39,512 nt of DNA, taken from Planctomycetota bacterium (GTDB lineage: Bacteria > Planctomycetota > Phycisphaerae > FEN-1346). The stretch is from assembly GCA_016782785.1 (NCBI GenBank), contig JADHXV010000003.1, positions 1 to 39,512 of the forward strand, written 5' to 3'. Below the pieces are notes generated by a model. The model did not search any database, had not been told where the DNA came from, and saw only the letters and a list, made by a program, of their open reading frames with translations. This document shows, piece after piece, positions 1 to 8,388 of this stretch. Numbering within the stretch: the first letter of the stretch is position 1; each line of letters starts with the position of its first letter. Position numbers and translations under genes: made by a program.

Positions 1-159
1 GGAAATTTGCGGTCGTGTGGAACCGTGCCGCAATCGGCTTCTCGAGCCCGCCGCGGGAGCGGCGGGTCATGTTTGCTCGGCATGGCACGTGCCTGGCCGG
101 ATCGAGCGTGACCGGCGGCTTCCGCCGCCGGCTCGAACAGGTGCAGGTCGTGCCACCCG

Positions 160-181
160 GCGCGGCCCGTACGGGCCGCGC
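160..181. repeat. Palindrome family A (core GGCCCGTACGGGCC), copy 1
   Basis: Perfect 22-bp palindrome GCGCGGCCCGTACGGGCCGCGC, preceded by GTGCCACCC (150-158). The same core recurs at about 8352, 13003 (1 mismatch), 34367 and 39097. Confidence 0.85.
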
Positions 182-260
182 GGAGTGCCTCGTGGTGCTC
201 GGAACAACCCTGCCGCGCGGCGCGCGCGACTTGCCGCTGGCCGCGGCGGGCCCCTGCCGA

Positions 261-281
261 TATAATGCCCACACAAGGAGG
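261..281 (+). promoter_or_regulatory. -10 box and RBS of the cyclophilin gene
   Basis: TATAAT at 261-266 and AGGAGG at 276-281 before ATG 288. No good -35 at canonical spacing. Confidence 0.55.
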
Positions 282-287
282 AACAGA

Positions 288-983
288 ATGACCCAGAAGA
301 CGACCGTGATTCTGGTCGGCGTCCTGCTTCCGCTCGTTGCGCTGGCGGCGCTCGCCGGCTGCTTCGAAACCGAACCGAGTTCCGATTCCGCCCAGGAAGG
401 CGCCGCCGCGCGCGGAGGCGCCGCGAAGGCCCCCGACGCTTCGGAGCCTGCGGACGTGCCCGCTTCCCCTGAACTCGCCAAGGAGAAAGAGGCCGCCATG
501 CCCGAACCGCTGCCCCAGGTCACCCTCCATACCAACAAGGGCGCCATCTGCCTGGAACTGGCCGAGGACGACGGCCCGAACACCGTGGCCAACTTCATCC
601 ACCTGGCCGAGAAGGGGTACTACGACGGCCTGGCGTTCCACCGGGTCATCCCGGACTTCATGGTCCAGGGCGGGTGCCCGGAAGGCACCGGCCGCGGCGG
701 GCCCGGGTACGTCATCCGCGACGAGTTCAGCCCGAACCTGCGGCACACGCGCGGCGTCATCTCGATGGCCAACGCCGGTCCGAACACCGGCGGCAGCCAG
801 TTCTTCATTACCCACGTGCCGACCCCGTGGCTGGATGGCAAGCACGCGATCTTCGGCAAGGTGATCTCCGGCATGGAGGTGGTTGACGCCATCCAGGTGG
901 GCGACAAGATCACCCGCGTGACGGTGGACCGGAAGCGCGACCACGTCTACAAGGCGGAAACCCTGGGTTCGCGGGGGCGCTGA
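288..983 (+). CDS. Cyclophilin-type peptidyl-prolyl cis-trans isomerase with lipoprotein signal
   Basis: Motifs [40 protein letters not shown] and [13 protein letters not shown]-terminal hydrophobic stretch with lipobox LAGC. Start moved to ATG 288 on the basis of the RBS. Confidence 0.93.
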   Translation: MTQKTTVILVGVLLPLVALAALAGCFETEPSSDSAQEGAAARGGAAKAPDASEPADVPASPELAKEKEAAMPEPLPQVTLHTNKGAICLELAEDDGPNTVANFIHLAEKGYYDGLAFHRVIPDFMVQGGCPEGTGRGGPGYVIRDEFSPNLRHTRGVISMANAGPNTGGSQFFITHVPTPWLDGKHAIFGKVISGMEVVDAIQVGDKITRVTVDRKRDHVYKAETLGSRGR

Positions 984-1137
984 ACCGGCCGCCCGGACTG
1001 AAGGTGTCGGTGGGCACGGGCGTCTCGTCAGGCAGGGTTGGCCGGAAGTTCCCGGTACGCCCGCGGCCCCGTCTTGTTAAAGGCCGAGAGGCGGCCGCCG
1101 GGGTCGCCGGACGGCCGACCCCCCCTGAGACCGCGAC

Positions 1138-1215
1138 ATGTTTATTTACCTCGGCAACGTGCTGCTGATTGCCGCAGCCTCGGCCGTGCTGATCCCCGCA
1201 CCCACAACGTACTAG
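1138..1215 (+). CDS. Putative 25-aa hydrophobic small protein (MFIYLGNVLLIAAASAVLIPAPTTY)
   Basis: ATG...TAG ending 10 nt before the next ATG. Mostly G/C-ending codons and one TM-length hydrophobic run. RBS is weak. Confidence 0.4.
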   Translation: MFIYLGNVLLIAAASAVLIPAPTTY

Positions 1216-1225
1216 GCAAAGGGCC

Positions 1226-2671
1226 ATGGGGCGAACCGGTCTCGTGCTTGCATCGGCCTGCCTGGCGTTTGCCGCTTCGGCGACGGCGCGGGCGGAGCGG
1301 CCCGACGCTGACCTCCTGCGCCAGACCGTCGCGCCCGCGGTCTGCACCGTGACGGTCGAGAACACCTGGGGCATGCCGGTCGCGATCGCGAACGGATTCC
1401 TGCTGGGTGACGGGCGGTTCGTTGTCTCGGACCTCGGCGCGGTGGCCCAGCCGGGCGTCGAGAGCGTGATCGTCCGGTTCGAGGACGGGCGGCCGTACCT
1501 GGCCCGGCAGTTCGGCCTGGCCGACGTCTCGCTCGGCCTGGTGGCGCTGGAGGTCCTGGCCGACCGGGGCGGCAAGAGCGGCCTGCCGCTGGCCGGCACG
1601 CTGCCCGACCTCGACGGCCTGACGGCGGTGGGGATGGTCGGCTGGGAGTACGCCAAGGACCTGGGCGTGGCGACGGGCCGGCTGTGGCAGGGGCCGTCGG
1701 CCGACGACGTGGCCAGCCGGGCCCGCATCCAGCCGCCCGCCGGCCTCGACGCCTTTTTGCGCATCGCGGGCGGCGACCTCCAGGCCGCCGGCGGCGCGCC
1801 CGTCGTCGACGCCAACGGCACCGTCCTGGCCGTCCACCTTCCCATCGCGGCCGCGGGCATCCAGGTGCCGCTGGCCGTGCCGGCGTACTCGCTTCGGCGG
1901 TCGCTCTTGTCGGCGGAGCCGAAACTCGCGATGCTGACGAAGTTGCCGAGGCCCGTCTGGCCGGTCGAGACGGTTCGCCTGGCGGGCGAACCGCCCAAGC
2001 CCGCCGGCTTCCAGGACGCCCGCCAACGCATCCGCGACGCCATGGTGTGCGGTCAGTGCCGCGGCCGAGGCAGGGTTCGTGCCGAGTTCGACGGCGGGGC
2101 GATTCGCACCTACGAAGAGAGCATCGAGTGCCCCCGCTGTCACGGCGAGGGCATCGCCCTGGAGAGCGGCGTGTACGAACTCCTGACCACCTGGGCCGAG
2201 GAGGGCACCCGGGCCGTCTGGGTTCCCGGGCCGGTTGGGGCCGTCCAGACGGCCGCCCGCGGCGCCGGACGCGATATGCTCCGCTACCTGGCGTCCCTCG
2301 ACCGGAACTTCCGGGCCGAGTTCGCCCAACGCGCCGGCCGCGACGTCAGCCAGTTGGGCACGCCGGCGCCGCGCGGCCTCATCGTCTACGCCGAGGTCCG
2401 CGAGACCATCGCCGGCCCGGACGGCGAGTATGTCATCCTGGACCCCGTCGATACGGACTGCGTGGTGGCGGTCCGGCTCCAGGACCTCATGGGTAAGGAC
2501 GGGCGGGGTCCCACCGGCCTGGGCCGGCGGCCGCCCGACCGGGCCTGGATCATCCTGGCGGGCACGGTTCTGTCGCGCCTTAAGGCGCCTGGCCACGTGG
2601 GCGTCTGCGTGCTTCCCTTCGAGTGGACCGGTTGCCCCACCCCCGGACCGGTGCCGCGTCCCAAGCGCTGA
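1226..2671 (+). CDS. Secreted trypsin/HtrA-like pseudoprotease with DnaJ-type zinc ribbon and unknown C-terminal domain (paralog 1)
   Basis: Signal peptide (ATARA). Trypsin_2-like spacing: PAVCTV, NGFLLGDGRFVVSD, VRFEDGRPY, GGAPVVDANGTVLAV. CGQCRGRG and CPRCHGEG motifs. Confidence 0.75.
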   Translation: MGRTGLVLASACLAFAASATARAERPDADLLRQTVAPAVCTVTVENTWGMPVAIANGFLLGDGRFVVSDLGAVAQPGVESVIVRFEDGRPYLARQFGLADVSLGLVALEVLADRGGKSGLPLAGTLPDLDGLTAVGMVGWEYAKDLGVATGRLWQGPSADDVASRARIQPPAGLDAFLRIAGGDLQAAGGAPVVDANGTVLAVHLPIAAAGIQVPLAVPAYSLRRSLLSAEPKLAMLTKLPRPVWPVETVRLAGEPPKPAGFQDARQRIRDAMVCGQCRGRGRVRAEFDGGAIRTYEESIECPRCHGEGIALESGVYELLTTWAEEGTRAVWVPGPVGAVQTAARGAGRDMLRYLASLDRNFRAEFAQRAGRDVSQLGTPAPRGLIVYAEVRETIAGPDGEYVILDPVDTDCVVAVRLQDLMGKDGRGPTGLGRRPPDRAWIILAGTVLSRLKAPGHVGVCVLPFEWTGCPTPGPVPRPKR

Positions 2672-2773
2672 GGTTTCCTTGGGCGCCGCGCACCCGGTTC
2701 ATGTGAAACCGGGCGACTTGGCCGGCATTGATAAAGAGGGAAGGCGGCCGATGGCGCTGGGTGGTATGGCGGC

Positions 2774-2807
2774 GGGTGGCATGGTCATCCCCCTCAGGGG
2801 GTGACCA
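2774..2807 (+). repeat. REP-like family C unit (GGGTGGCAY foot plus hairpin)
   Basis: GGGTGGCA followed by hairpin TGGTCATCCCC-CTCA-GGGGGTGACCA. Confidence 0.55.
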
Positions 2808-2821
2808 GGTGCGCCCCGGCG

Positions 2822-2837
2822 CGGCATGGAGCATGCA
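2822..2837 (+). promoter_or_regulatory. Candidate sigma54 -24/-12 promoter
   Basis: CGGCATGGAGCATGCA has GG-N10-GC spacing and resembles TGGCACG-N4-TTGCW, about 60 nt upstream of ATG 2900. Confidence 0.3.
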
Positions 2838-2899
2838 ATAAGCCGGCCCGCCGGCCGTTTAATCCAGTACACGGGTCCATCGCGACGGGGAGGCGATCC

Positions 2900-4441
2900 A
2901 TGCATAAACCAACGATGCTTGGCTTGGCGGTTGTGGGCGCGGTCTTGGCGTCCGGCAGTATGGCAGCCGAGAAGCCCGAGGTCGAGGCCCTTCAGACGTC
3001 CATCGGCCCGGCCGTCTGCACCGTGTCGGTTGAGAACGCCTGGAGCGTGTCTCAGGCCGTGGCCAGCGGCTGGCTGCTCGGCGACGGCAAGTTCGCCATC
3101 ACCGACCTGGGGGCCCTGAAGCATCGCGGGGCGGCCAAGGTGACGTTGCGGTTTGCCGACGGCACCTCGGCCACGGCCACGCAGTTCGGCATGGCCGACC
3201 CGTCGCTGGGGCTGGTGGCGCTTCGGCTCGAGGGGTCGGCCGGGACGCGCAAAGGCCTGGGCCTGGCGTCGGAGCCGCCGAACACGGCGTCGCCCCTCCT
3301 GGTGGCCACGACGGGCTTTGCGTGGGGCGACCAGTTGACCGTCAAGAACGGCCGGCTGATGCGCGGGCCGCGCATTGCGGATGTGGCAACCCGATCCGGC
3401 ACCCAGACGCCCGCGGGCGTCGATGCGTTTCTGAAGATCGAAGGCGACCGGCTGTCGGCCGCCAGCGGCGCCCCCGTGACCGACGCCGGTGGCACCGTGC
3501 TGGCGGTCCGCCTGGACGTGGCGGCCAAGGGGATGACGTCGGTGCTGGCGATGCCCGCCTCGACGCTGCGCGAAACGCTCCTGGCCTCCGGGGCGCAACT
3601 GAAACCCCTCACGGACCTGCCCGAGACGCTCTGGCCGGTCAAGATCCTCCGCCTGCCAGGCGAGCCCGTCACGCAGGAGGCGTTTCTGCGCGCCAGCCAG
3701 ACGTTGAACAAGGCCCTCGTCTGCGACCGTTGCCGCGGGGCCGGTGAGATCGACGGTGCATGGGCCTTCGGCCGAGACGTCACATGCCCGGCGTGCGCGG
3801 GCACCGGCGTCCACCTCGATACTGAGAATCTTGATATGCTCAAGGAATGGTCCCTGGAAGGGGCCCGCGTTGCGTGGGCGCCCGACGTCGACATCCGCAC
3901 GCGGTCGCAGGTCCGCAAGATCGGCGTTGAGGTTGTGGCCCACCTGGCGGTCGTCGGGCGGAGCATGCGGAACTCGTGGGGGCTGCTGGGGCTGCTGGCG
4001 CGACTGAACCAGGTCCGGGCCGAGCCCGGCAAGCCGCAGGGTATCATCCTGTACGCCCAGGTCAAGGAGCAGGTGGCCGGCCCCGACGGCGAGTACCTGC
4101 TTCTGGAGTCCTTCAACACGGGGACGACCGCCGCCGTCCGCGTCGAAGACCTGCTCGGTTGCGACGGCATGGGACCGCTGCCCGGTCGGCAAGTCCCCAA
4201 GAAGGACACTTGGTTCGCCCTGGCCGGCGCCGTCATCTCGCCCTTCAATTCGGGCAAGGCCAGCGGCGTCTACGTGCTTCCGTTCGAGTGGGCGCCGTAC
4301 GTCCCGTCGCTGGACCGGGGTGAGGGCGAGGGCGATCGCCGGCCCGAGTGGGACAGGGGCCGCTGGGGCGACCACGGGCCGGGCGACCGCGGCGGCGGGC
4401 CGGGCGGCCGCGGCGGCGGGCCGGGTGGCGGGGGCCGCTGA
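2900..4441 (+). CDS. Secreted trypsin/HtrA-like pseudoprotease with DnaJ-type zinc ribbon (paralog 2), Gly/Arg-rich tail
   Basis: GGAGG RBS before ATG 2900 and a signal peptide. Colinear with 1226-2671 (PAVCTVxVENxW, QFGxADxSLGLVAL, AGPDGEY, VLPFEW). CDRCRGAG and CPACAGTG motifs. Confidence 0.78.
   Translation: MHKPTMLGLAVVGAVLASGSMAAEKPEVEALQTSIGPAVCTVSVENAWSVSQAVASGWLLGDGKFAITDLGALKHRGAAKVTLRFADGTSATATQFGMADPSLGLVALRLEGSAGTRKGLGLASEPPNTASPLLVATTGFAWGDQLTVKNGRLMRGPRIADVATRSGTQTPAGVDAFLKIEGDRLSAASGAPVTDAGGTVLAVRLDVAAKGMTSVLAMPASTLRETLLASGAQLKPLTDLPETLWPVKILRLPGEPVTQEAFLRASQTLNKALVCDRCRGAGEIDGAWAFGRDVTCPACAGTGVHLDTENLDMLKEWSLEGARVAWAPDVDIRTRSQVRKIGVEVVAHLAVVGRSMRNSWGLLGLLARLNQVRAEPGKPQGIILYAQVKEQVAGPDGEYLLLESFNTGTTAAVRVEDLLGCDGMGPLPGRQVPKKDTWFALAGAVISPFNSGKASGVYVLPFEWAPYVPSLDRGEGEGDRRPEWDRGRWGDHGPGDRGGGPGGRGGGPGGGGR
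4376..4438 (+). repeat. About 3 x 21-bp coding tandem repeat (GPGDRGG/GPGGRGG/GPGGGGR)
   Basis: The unit GGGCCGGGCG(A/G)CCGCGGCGGC is repeated at the 3' end of paralog 2; the third copy is degenerate. Confidence 0.7.
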
Positions 4442-4503
4442 GCCGGCGGGGTCTTGCCAATTCCATTGCAGCGCATCGGGCCCGGGCTAGGCCGGGCCGA
4501 CAG

Positions 4504-4531
4504 TTGTTCCCTCCCTCCGCTCTGCTATAAT
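4504..4531 (+). promoter_or_regulatory. Sigma70-type promoter of the PIN/TRAM-ispD operon
   Basis: TTGTTC-16 nt-TATAAT with extended TG (TGCTATAAT). GGAGG RBS precedes ATG 4586. Confidence 0.65.
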
Positions 4532-4585
4532 AGCCCCGTATCATGATGGCCCGTTTTCATCGGCCCTGGGCGGGAGGGTATTATC

Positions 4586-5599
4586 ATGCTCGTGTTCATT
4601 GTGCGGCTGCTGTTCTTCCTGGCGATGGTGGCGGCGGGGTACGTGTTCGGCGACGCCGTCGGCGACGGGAAACAACTGACCTCGATGCTGGGGTTCGGCG
4701 TGGCCGCGGTGGTGGTTATCGTCGTGGACCTGGCGTTCCGCCGCAAGAACATCAGCGTGGTCTCGGCGGTGTTCTTCGGCCTGCTGGTGGGGTTGGTGGT
4801 GGCGATGCTGCTCGGCCCCGTGGTCGACATGTATCAATGGATCGACGTCGAGGTCCGCCAGGCCCTGAAGGTGGGGATCGCCGCCGTCACGTCGTACCTG
4901 GCAATCTCGATCATCCTTCAGACCAAGGACGATTTCCGTTTCATCATCCCGTACATCGAGTTCGCGAAGCAGCGAAAGGGCGGCCGGCCGCTGCTGCTCG
5001 ACACGAGCGTGATCATCGACGGCCGCATCGCCGATATCGCCGAGACCCGCTTCATCGATTCGCCGATCATCGTGCCGCGCTTCATCCTGCACGAACTCCA
5101 GAGCATCGCCGATTCGTCCGAGAAGATGCGGCGCGACCGAGGCCGGCGCGGGCTCGACATCCTTAACCGCCTCCAGACCACGCCCCACGTCGACATCCGC
5201 ATCCAGGACACCCGCCCCGAGGCCCCCGCCGGTGAAAGCCCCGACCAGAGTCTCGTGAACCTGGCGGCCCATTTGAACGGCCGCGTCGTCACCGTCGACT
5301 ACAATCTGAATAAGGTCGCCCAGTTGGCCCGCGTCGACGTGCTTAACGTCAACGACCTGGCGAACGCGCTGAAGTCCACCGTCATTCCCGGCGAGGAACT
5401 TGAAGTGACCGTTCTCAAGCCCGGTCAGGAGGAAGGCCAGGGCGTCGGGTACCTCGACGACGGGACGATGGTTGTGGTGGAGGACGGCCAGAAGCAGATC
5501 GGCCAGGTCGTCTCGATTAGCGTGACGAACGTGCTCCAGAAGAGCGCCGGCCGCATCATCTTCGGGCGCATCGGAGGCAGGCCGCGGCGGCGCTCGTGA
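4586..5599 (+). CDS. yacL: PIN/TRAM domain membrane protein (YacL family)
   Basis: N-terminal TM helices; LLDTSVIIDGRI, RGRRGLDIL, DYNLNKVA and GQGVGYLDDGTMVVVE motifs. Lies upstream of ispD, the usual context for this family. Confidence 0.92.
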   Translation: MLVFIVRLLFFLAMVAAGYVFGDAVGDGKQLTSMLGFGVAAVVVIVVDLAFRRKNISVVSAVFFGLLVGLVVAMLLGPVVDMYQWIDVEVRQALKVGIAAVTSYLAISIILQTKDDFRFIIPYIEFAKQRKGGRPLLLDTSVIIDGRIADIAETRFIDSPIIVPRFILHELQSIADSSEKMRRDRGRRGLDILNRLQTTPHVDIRIQDTRPEAPAGESPDQSLVNLAAHLNGRVVTVDYNLNKVAQLARVDVLNVNDLANALKSTVIPGEELEVTVLKPGQEEGQGVGYLDDGTMVVVEDGQKQIGQVVSISVTNVLQKSAGRIIFGRIGGRPRRRS

Positions 5600-5691
5600 C
5601 GCCTGGCCCGAAGCGGCGGGCGCCGCGCGGGGCGCGGGACGGCGCGGCGCAAGGGCTGCGCCGGCCGAGGGCCTGAAGGGCATTCATCTAC

Positions 5692-6420
5692 ATGCTTTTA
5701 CCACGAGCCAGCGCCATCATTGCCGCCGCGGGGTCCGGACGCCGGTTTGTCCATGCGAGCGGCGCCGGCGGCGGGCCGCCGAAGGTCTTGGCCGACCTGG
5801 CCGGCCGGCCCGTCCTGGCCCATGTGCTCGAGGCCTTCGCCAGGGTCGCTGCCGTGGCGGAGATCGTCGTGGCGGTGCCCGAGGGCCGTCTGGCGTGGGC
5901 ACATGAGGCGCTGGCCGGCCCCTGGCGCGACGGGTGCCGGCTGATGTTCGTCGCGGGCGGCACCGAGCGGACCGACAGCGTGGCCCGCGCGCTGGAGGCG
6001 ACCGACCGCAGCACGGAACTGGTGGCCATCCACGACGGGGCCCGGCCGCTCATCCGGCCGGCGGTCATCGAGGAAGCGCTGCGTACGGCCGTCGAATGCG
6101 GTGCCGCCGTGGTCGGCCGGCCGGTGGACCATACCGTCAAGGCGGTGGCCGAGGACGGTCGCGTCATCGAGACCGTGCCCCGCCGGGCGCTGTGGCTGGC
6201 CCAGACGCCGCAGGTCTTTCGCCGGGAGATCCTGTCGCAGGCGTACGCCCGGCGAAAGGACGTGGTGGGCCGGGTCACGGACGATTCGCAACTGGTCGAG
6301 GCCCTGGGGCAGACCGTCCGGATGGTCCGCGGCGACACGGCGAACCTCAAAATCACCACACCCGAGGACCTGCGGGCCTGCGAAGCGCTCCTGGCCGCCG
6401 GCTGGCCGTTTGAGCCGTAA
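5692..6420 (+). CDS. ispD: 2-C-methyl-D-erythritol 4-phosphate cytidylyltransferase
   Basis: AAAGSGRRF...PK, GGTERTDSV, IHDGARP, AQTPQVF, TDDSQL and NLKITTPEDL motifs. Confidence 0.93.
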   Translation: MLLPRASAIIAAAGSGRRFVHASGAGGGPPKVLADLAGRPVLAHVLEAFARVAAVAEIVVAVPEGRLAWAHEALAGPWRDGCRLMFVAGGTERTDSVARALEATDRSTELVAIHDGARPLIRPAVIEEALRTAVECGAAVVGRPVDHTVKAVAEDGRVIETVPRRALWLAQTPQVFRREILSQAYARRKDVVGRVTDDSQLVEALGQTVRMVRGDTANLKITTPEDLRACEALLAAGWPFEP

Positions 6421-6499
6421 AGCGCCGCGCCGCCGCGCCACGCGCAGCACGAGGGGTCGAAAGACGAGCCTGCACGGGACGCCATCGTCGGAGGACGGA

Positions 6500-8338
6500 G
6501 TGGCCGACGGACCACAGAGGCTTGAGAAGCTCGACGGGGGCGCGCCTCCCCCGCCGCCGGAGCACCGTCCGACGGCCGCGACGGTGGTTTTCCTGGCGGT
6601 GGTGGCCTCGGTCCTGGCGCTATACGGGGCGTCGGACCGGCCGCTGTTCACGGCACACGAGGCGCGGGCGGCGCGGTGCGCCCGGCATATGCTCCGGCCG
6701 GACGAATGGCCGGGAGACAGGCCGAACCCCTGGCTGATTCCGCAGTTCTCGCCCGATGTCCCGCCGGGCCTGGCCTACCAGAAGCCGCCGCTGTACTACT
6801 GGGCGGTGGCGGCGGCGAGCCTGGTCGGCGGCGAGGTGACACCACTGACGGTCCGCCTGCCCAGCGCGGTCGGTTTTGTCCTGCTAGTCCTCGTCGTCTA
6901 CTTCCTCGGCCGCGACCTCGTGGGCCACCGGACGGGCCTTGTGGCGGCCCTTGTGCTGGCGAGCACGCCGAAGGTGCTCTGGTGGGGGAGGGCTGCCATC
7001 CTCGACCCGATGCTGGCGGTGTGCATCGCGGCCGCGCTGCTGTGCTTCGTGCGGGCCCACCTGGGCCGCGGCGGCGCCTGGCAGTATTGGCTCTTCTGGG
7101 CCTTGGCGGGGCTGGGCACGCTCGTCAAGGCGACCGCCCTCGTGGTGCCGCTGCTGACGGTCGGCCTGTACCTGCTCGTCCGGTGTCGGCAGGACGGGTT
7201 CTGGCGGTCGCTGGCGCGCCTGAAGCCGATCACGGGGCCGCTGGTGCTGCTGGCCGTGGCGGCGCCGTGGCACATGGCGGCCCACTGGGCGACAGGCGGC
7301 GCGTTCAGCCGCATCTACTGGGGCATGCATGTGTTCGGCCGGGCCACCGGGACCGGCGTCTTCGAGGCCAGGACGGCCCCGTGGTTTTACCTGCCGGCGA
7401 TGGCCCGCGACCTGTTTCCATGGGTCGTGTTCCTGCCGGGGGCGTTGGTCCAGGTCTGGCGGCGTCGCTCGCGACCCGAACGCCGGGCGATGCTGTTTCC
7501 GTTCGTGTGGTTCGTCGGCTCGCTGGCGTTCTTCTCGGCCGTATCGTTTAGAAAAGATGAGTACATGCTCGTGGCGTATGGCGCGGCGGCGCTGCTGGTC
7601 GGGTACTTGCTGGACTATTACGTCGAGGCGCAGAACGAGGATGCGGCCCTTCGCAAGTGGATCGTGGTGGCCTTTGTGGTCCTGGCTGCGGTTGCGGTCG
7701 TGATGGTGGCGGCGCTGTTGGCGCTGGGCCTGGCGCCGTGGGCCCGCCAGGGGCTGCTCGAGGCGCTCGACAATCGGACCGACCGGGCGGTCGTCTCGGC
7801 GGTCGGCAACCTGCTGGCCGGTCGGGTCTGGCTGGCGGTGGCGCTGGCCGCCCCGGTGGCGGTGGGGGCGGTGGCATCGCTCGTGTTGGTTCTGCGGCGT
7901 CGGGCGACGGGGGCGTTTGCGCTGACCGTCTGCACAACGATCTTGGCGTTTGCCCTCTTCGTCGAGATGGCGGTGCCGGCGCTCGGCCGGGTGCGGGGCC
8001 TGGTGGCGTTCGCCGACGCGGTCGAGGCCGAGGCCGTCCGCCGCGGCCCGTCCACGCGGGTGCTTCTGGCGATTGAGGAGTGCCACGAACTGGCCTTCCT
8101 TCTGGACGAGCGGGCCGACGAGTTGAAGGCCCTTGTGAAGCCGCAGGCCTTCCTCGGCCGCGAGACGGCCGAGGGCCGGTCCTGGCTGGTCGTGACGGAC
8201 CGAGACGCCTACGAATCGGGTGCCTGGGCCGACCTGGGCGCGTGGCAGGTGGTGGCGCAGACGCCCGAAGGCCATCGCCGGCCGATGATCTGCCTGGCCC
8301 CGCCAGCCGAGAAAAGCGAACCGACGGAGGAGCCATGA
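6500..8338 (+). CDS. ArnT/PMT-family (GT-C) integral membrane glycosyltransferase
   Basis: HEAR.ARCARHM, YQKPPLYYW, VRLPSA, AAILDPML, GTLVK, APWH and PWFYL motifs; many TM segments. GTG 6500 has a GGAGG RBS; TTG 6410 is an alternative start. Confidence 0.88.
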   Translation: MADGPQRLEKLDGGAPPPPPEHRPTAATVVFLAVVASVLALYGASDRPLFTAHEARAARCARHMLRPDEWPGDRPNPWLIPQFSPDVPPGLAYQKPPLYYWAVAAASLVGGEVTPLTVRLPSAVGFVLLVLVVYFLGRDLVGHRTGLVAALVLASTPKVLWWGRAAILDPMLAVCIAAALLCFVRAHLGRGGAWQYWLFWALAGLGTLVKATALVVPLLTVGLYLLVRCRQDGFWRSLARLKPITGPLVLLAVAAPWHMAAHWATGGAFSRIYWGMHVFGRATGTGVFEARTAPWFYLPAMARDLFPWVVFLPGALVQVWRRRSRPERRAMLFPFVWFVGSLAFFSAVSFRKDEYMLVAYGAAALLVGYLLDYYVEAQNEDAALRKWIVVAFVVLAAVAVVMVAALLALGLAPWARQGLLEALDNRTDRAVVSAVGNLLAGRVWLAVALAAPVAVGAVASLVLVLRRRATGAFALTVCTTILAFALFVEMAVPALGRVRGLVAFADAVEAEAVRRGPSTRVLLAIEECHELAFLLDERADELKALVKPQAFLGRETAEGRSWLVVTDRDAYESGAWADLGAWQVVAQTPEGHRRPMICLAPPAEKSEPTEEP

Positions 8339-8345
8339 TGGGTTT

Positions 8346-8371
8346 CCGCGCGGCCCGTACGGGCCGCGCGG
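8346..8371. repeat. Palindrome family A copy 2, flanked by a 14-bp direct repeat
   Basis: 26-bp perfect palindrome CCGCGCGGCCCGTACGGGCCGCGCGG. CGGAGGAGCCATGA occurs at 8325-8338 and at 8379-8392. Confidence 0.85.
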
Positions 8372-8388
8372 CACGAAGCGGAGGAGCC

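Noticed and set aside
15-287. N-terminal extension of the cyclophilin ORF and small ORFs in 1-280
   Set aside because: The -10 box and RBS point to ATG 288, and the extension reads through repeat DNA. A minus-strand gene may start near 70-83 and leave the window, but there is no supporting motif.
4479-4498. GGCCCGGGCTAGGCCGGGCC as another family A copy
   Set aside because: It has a different centre and an internal mismatch, so I treated it as an unrelated GC hairpin after the stop codon.
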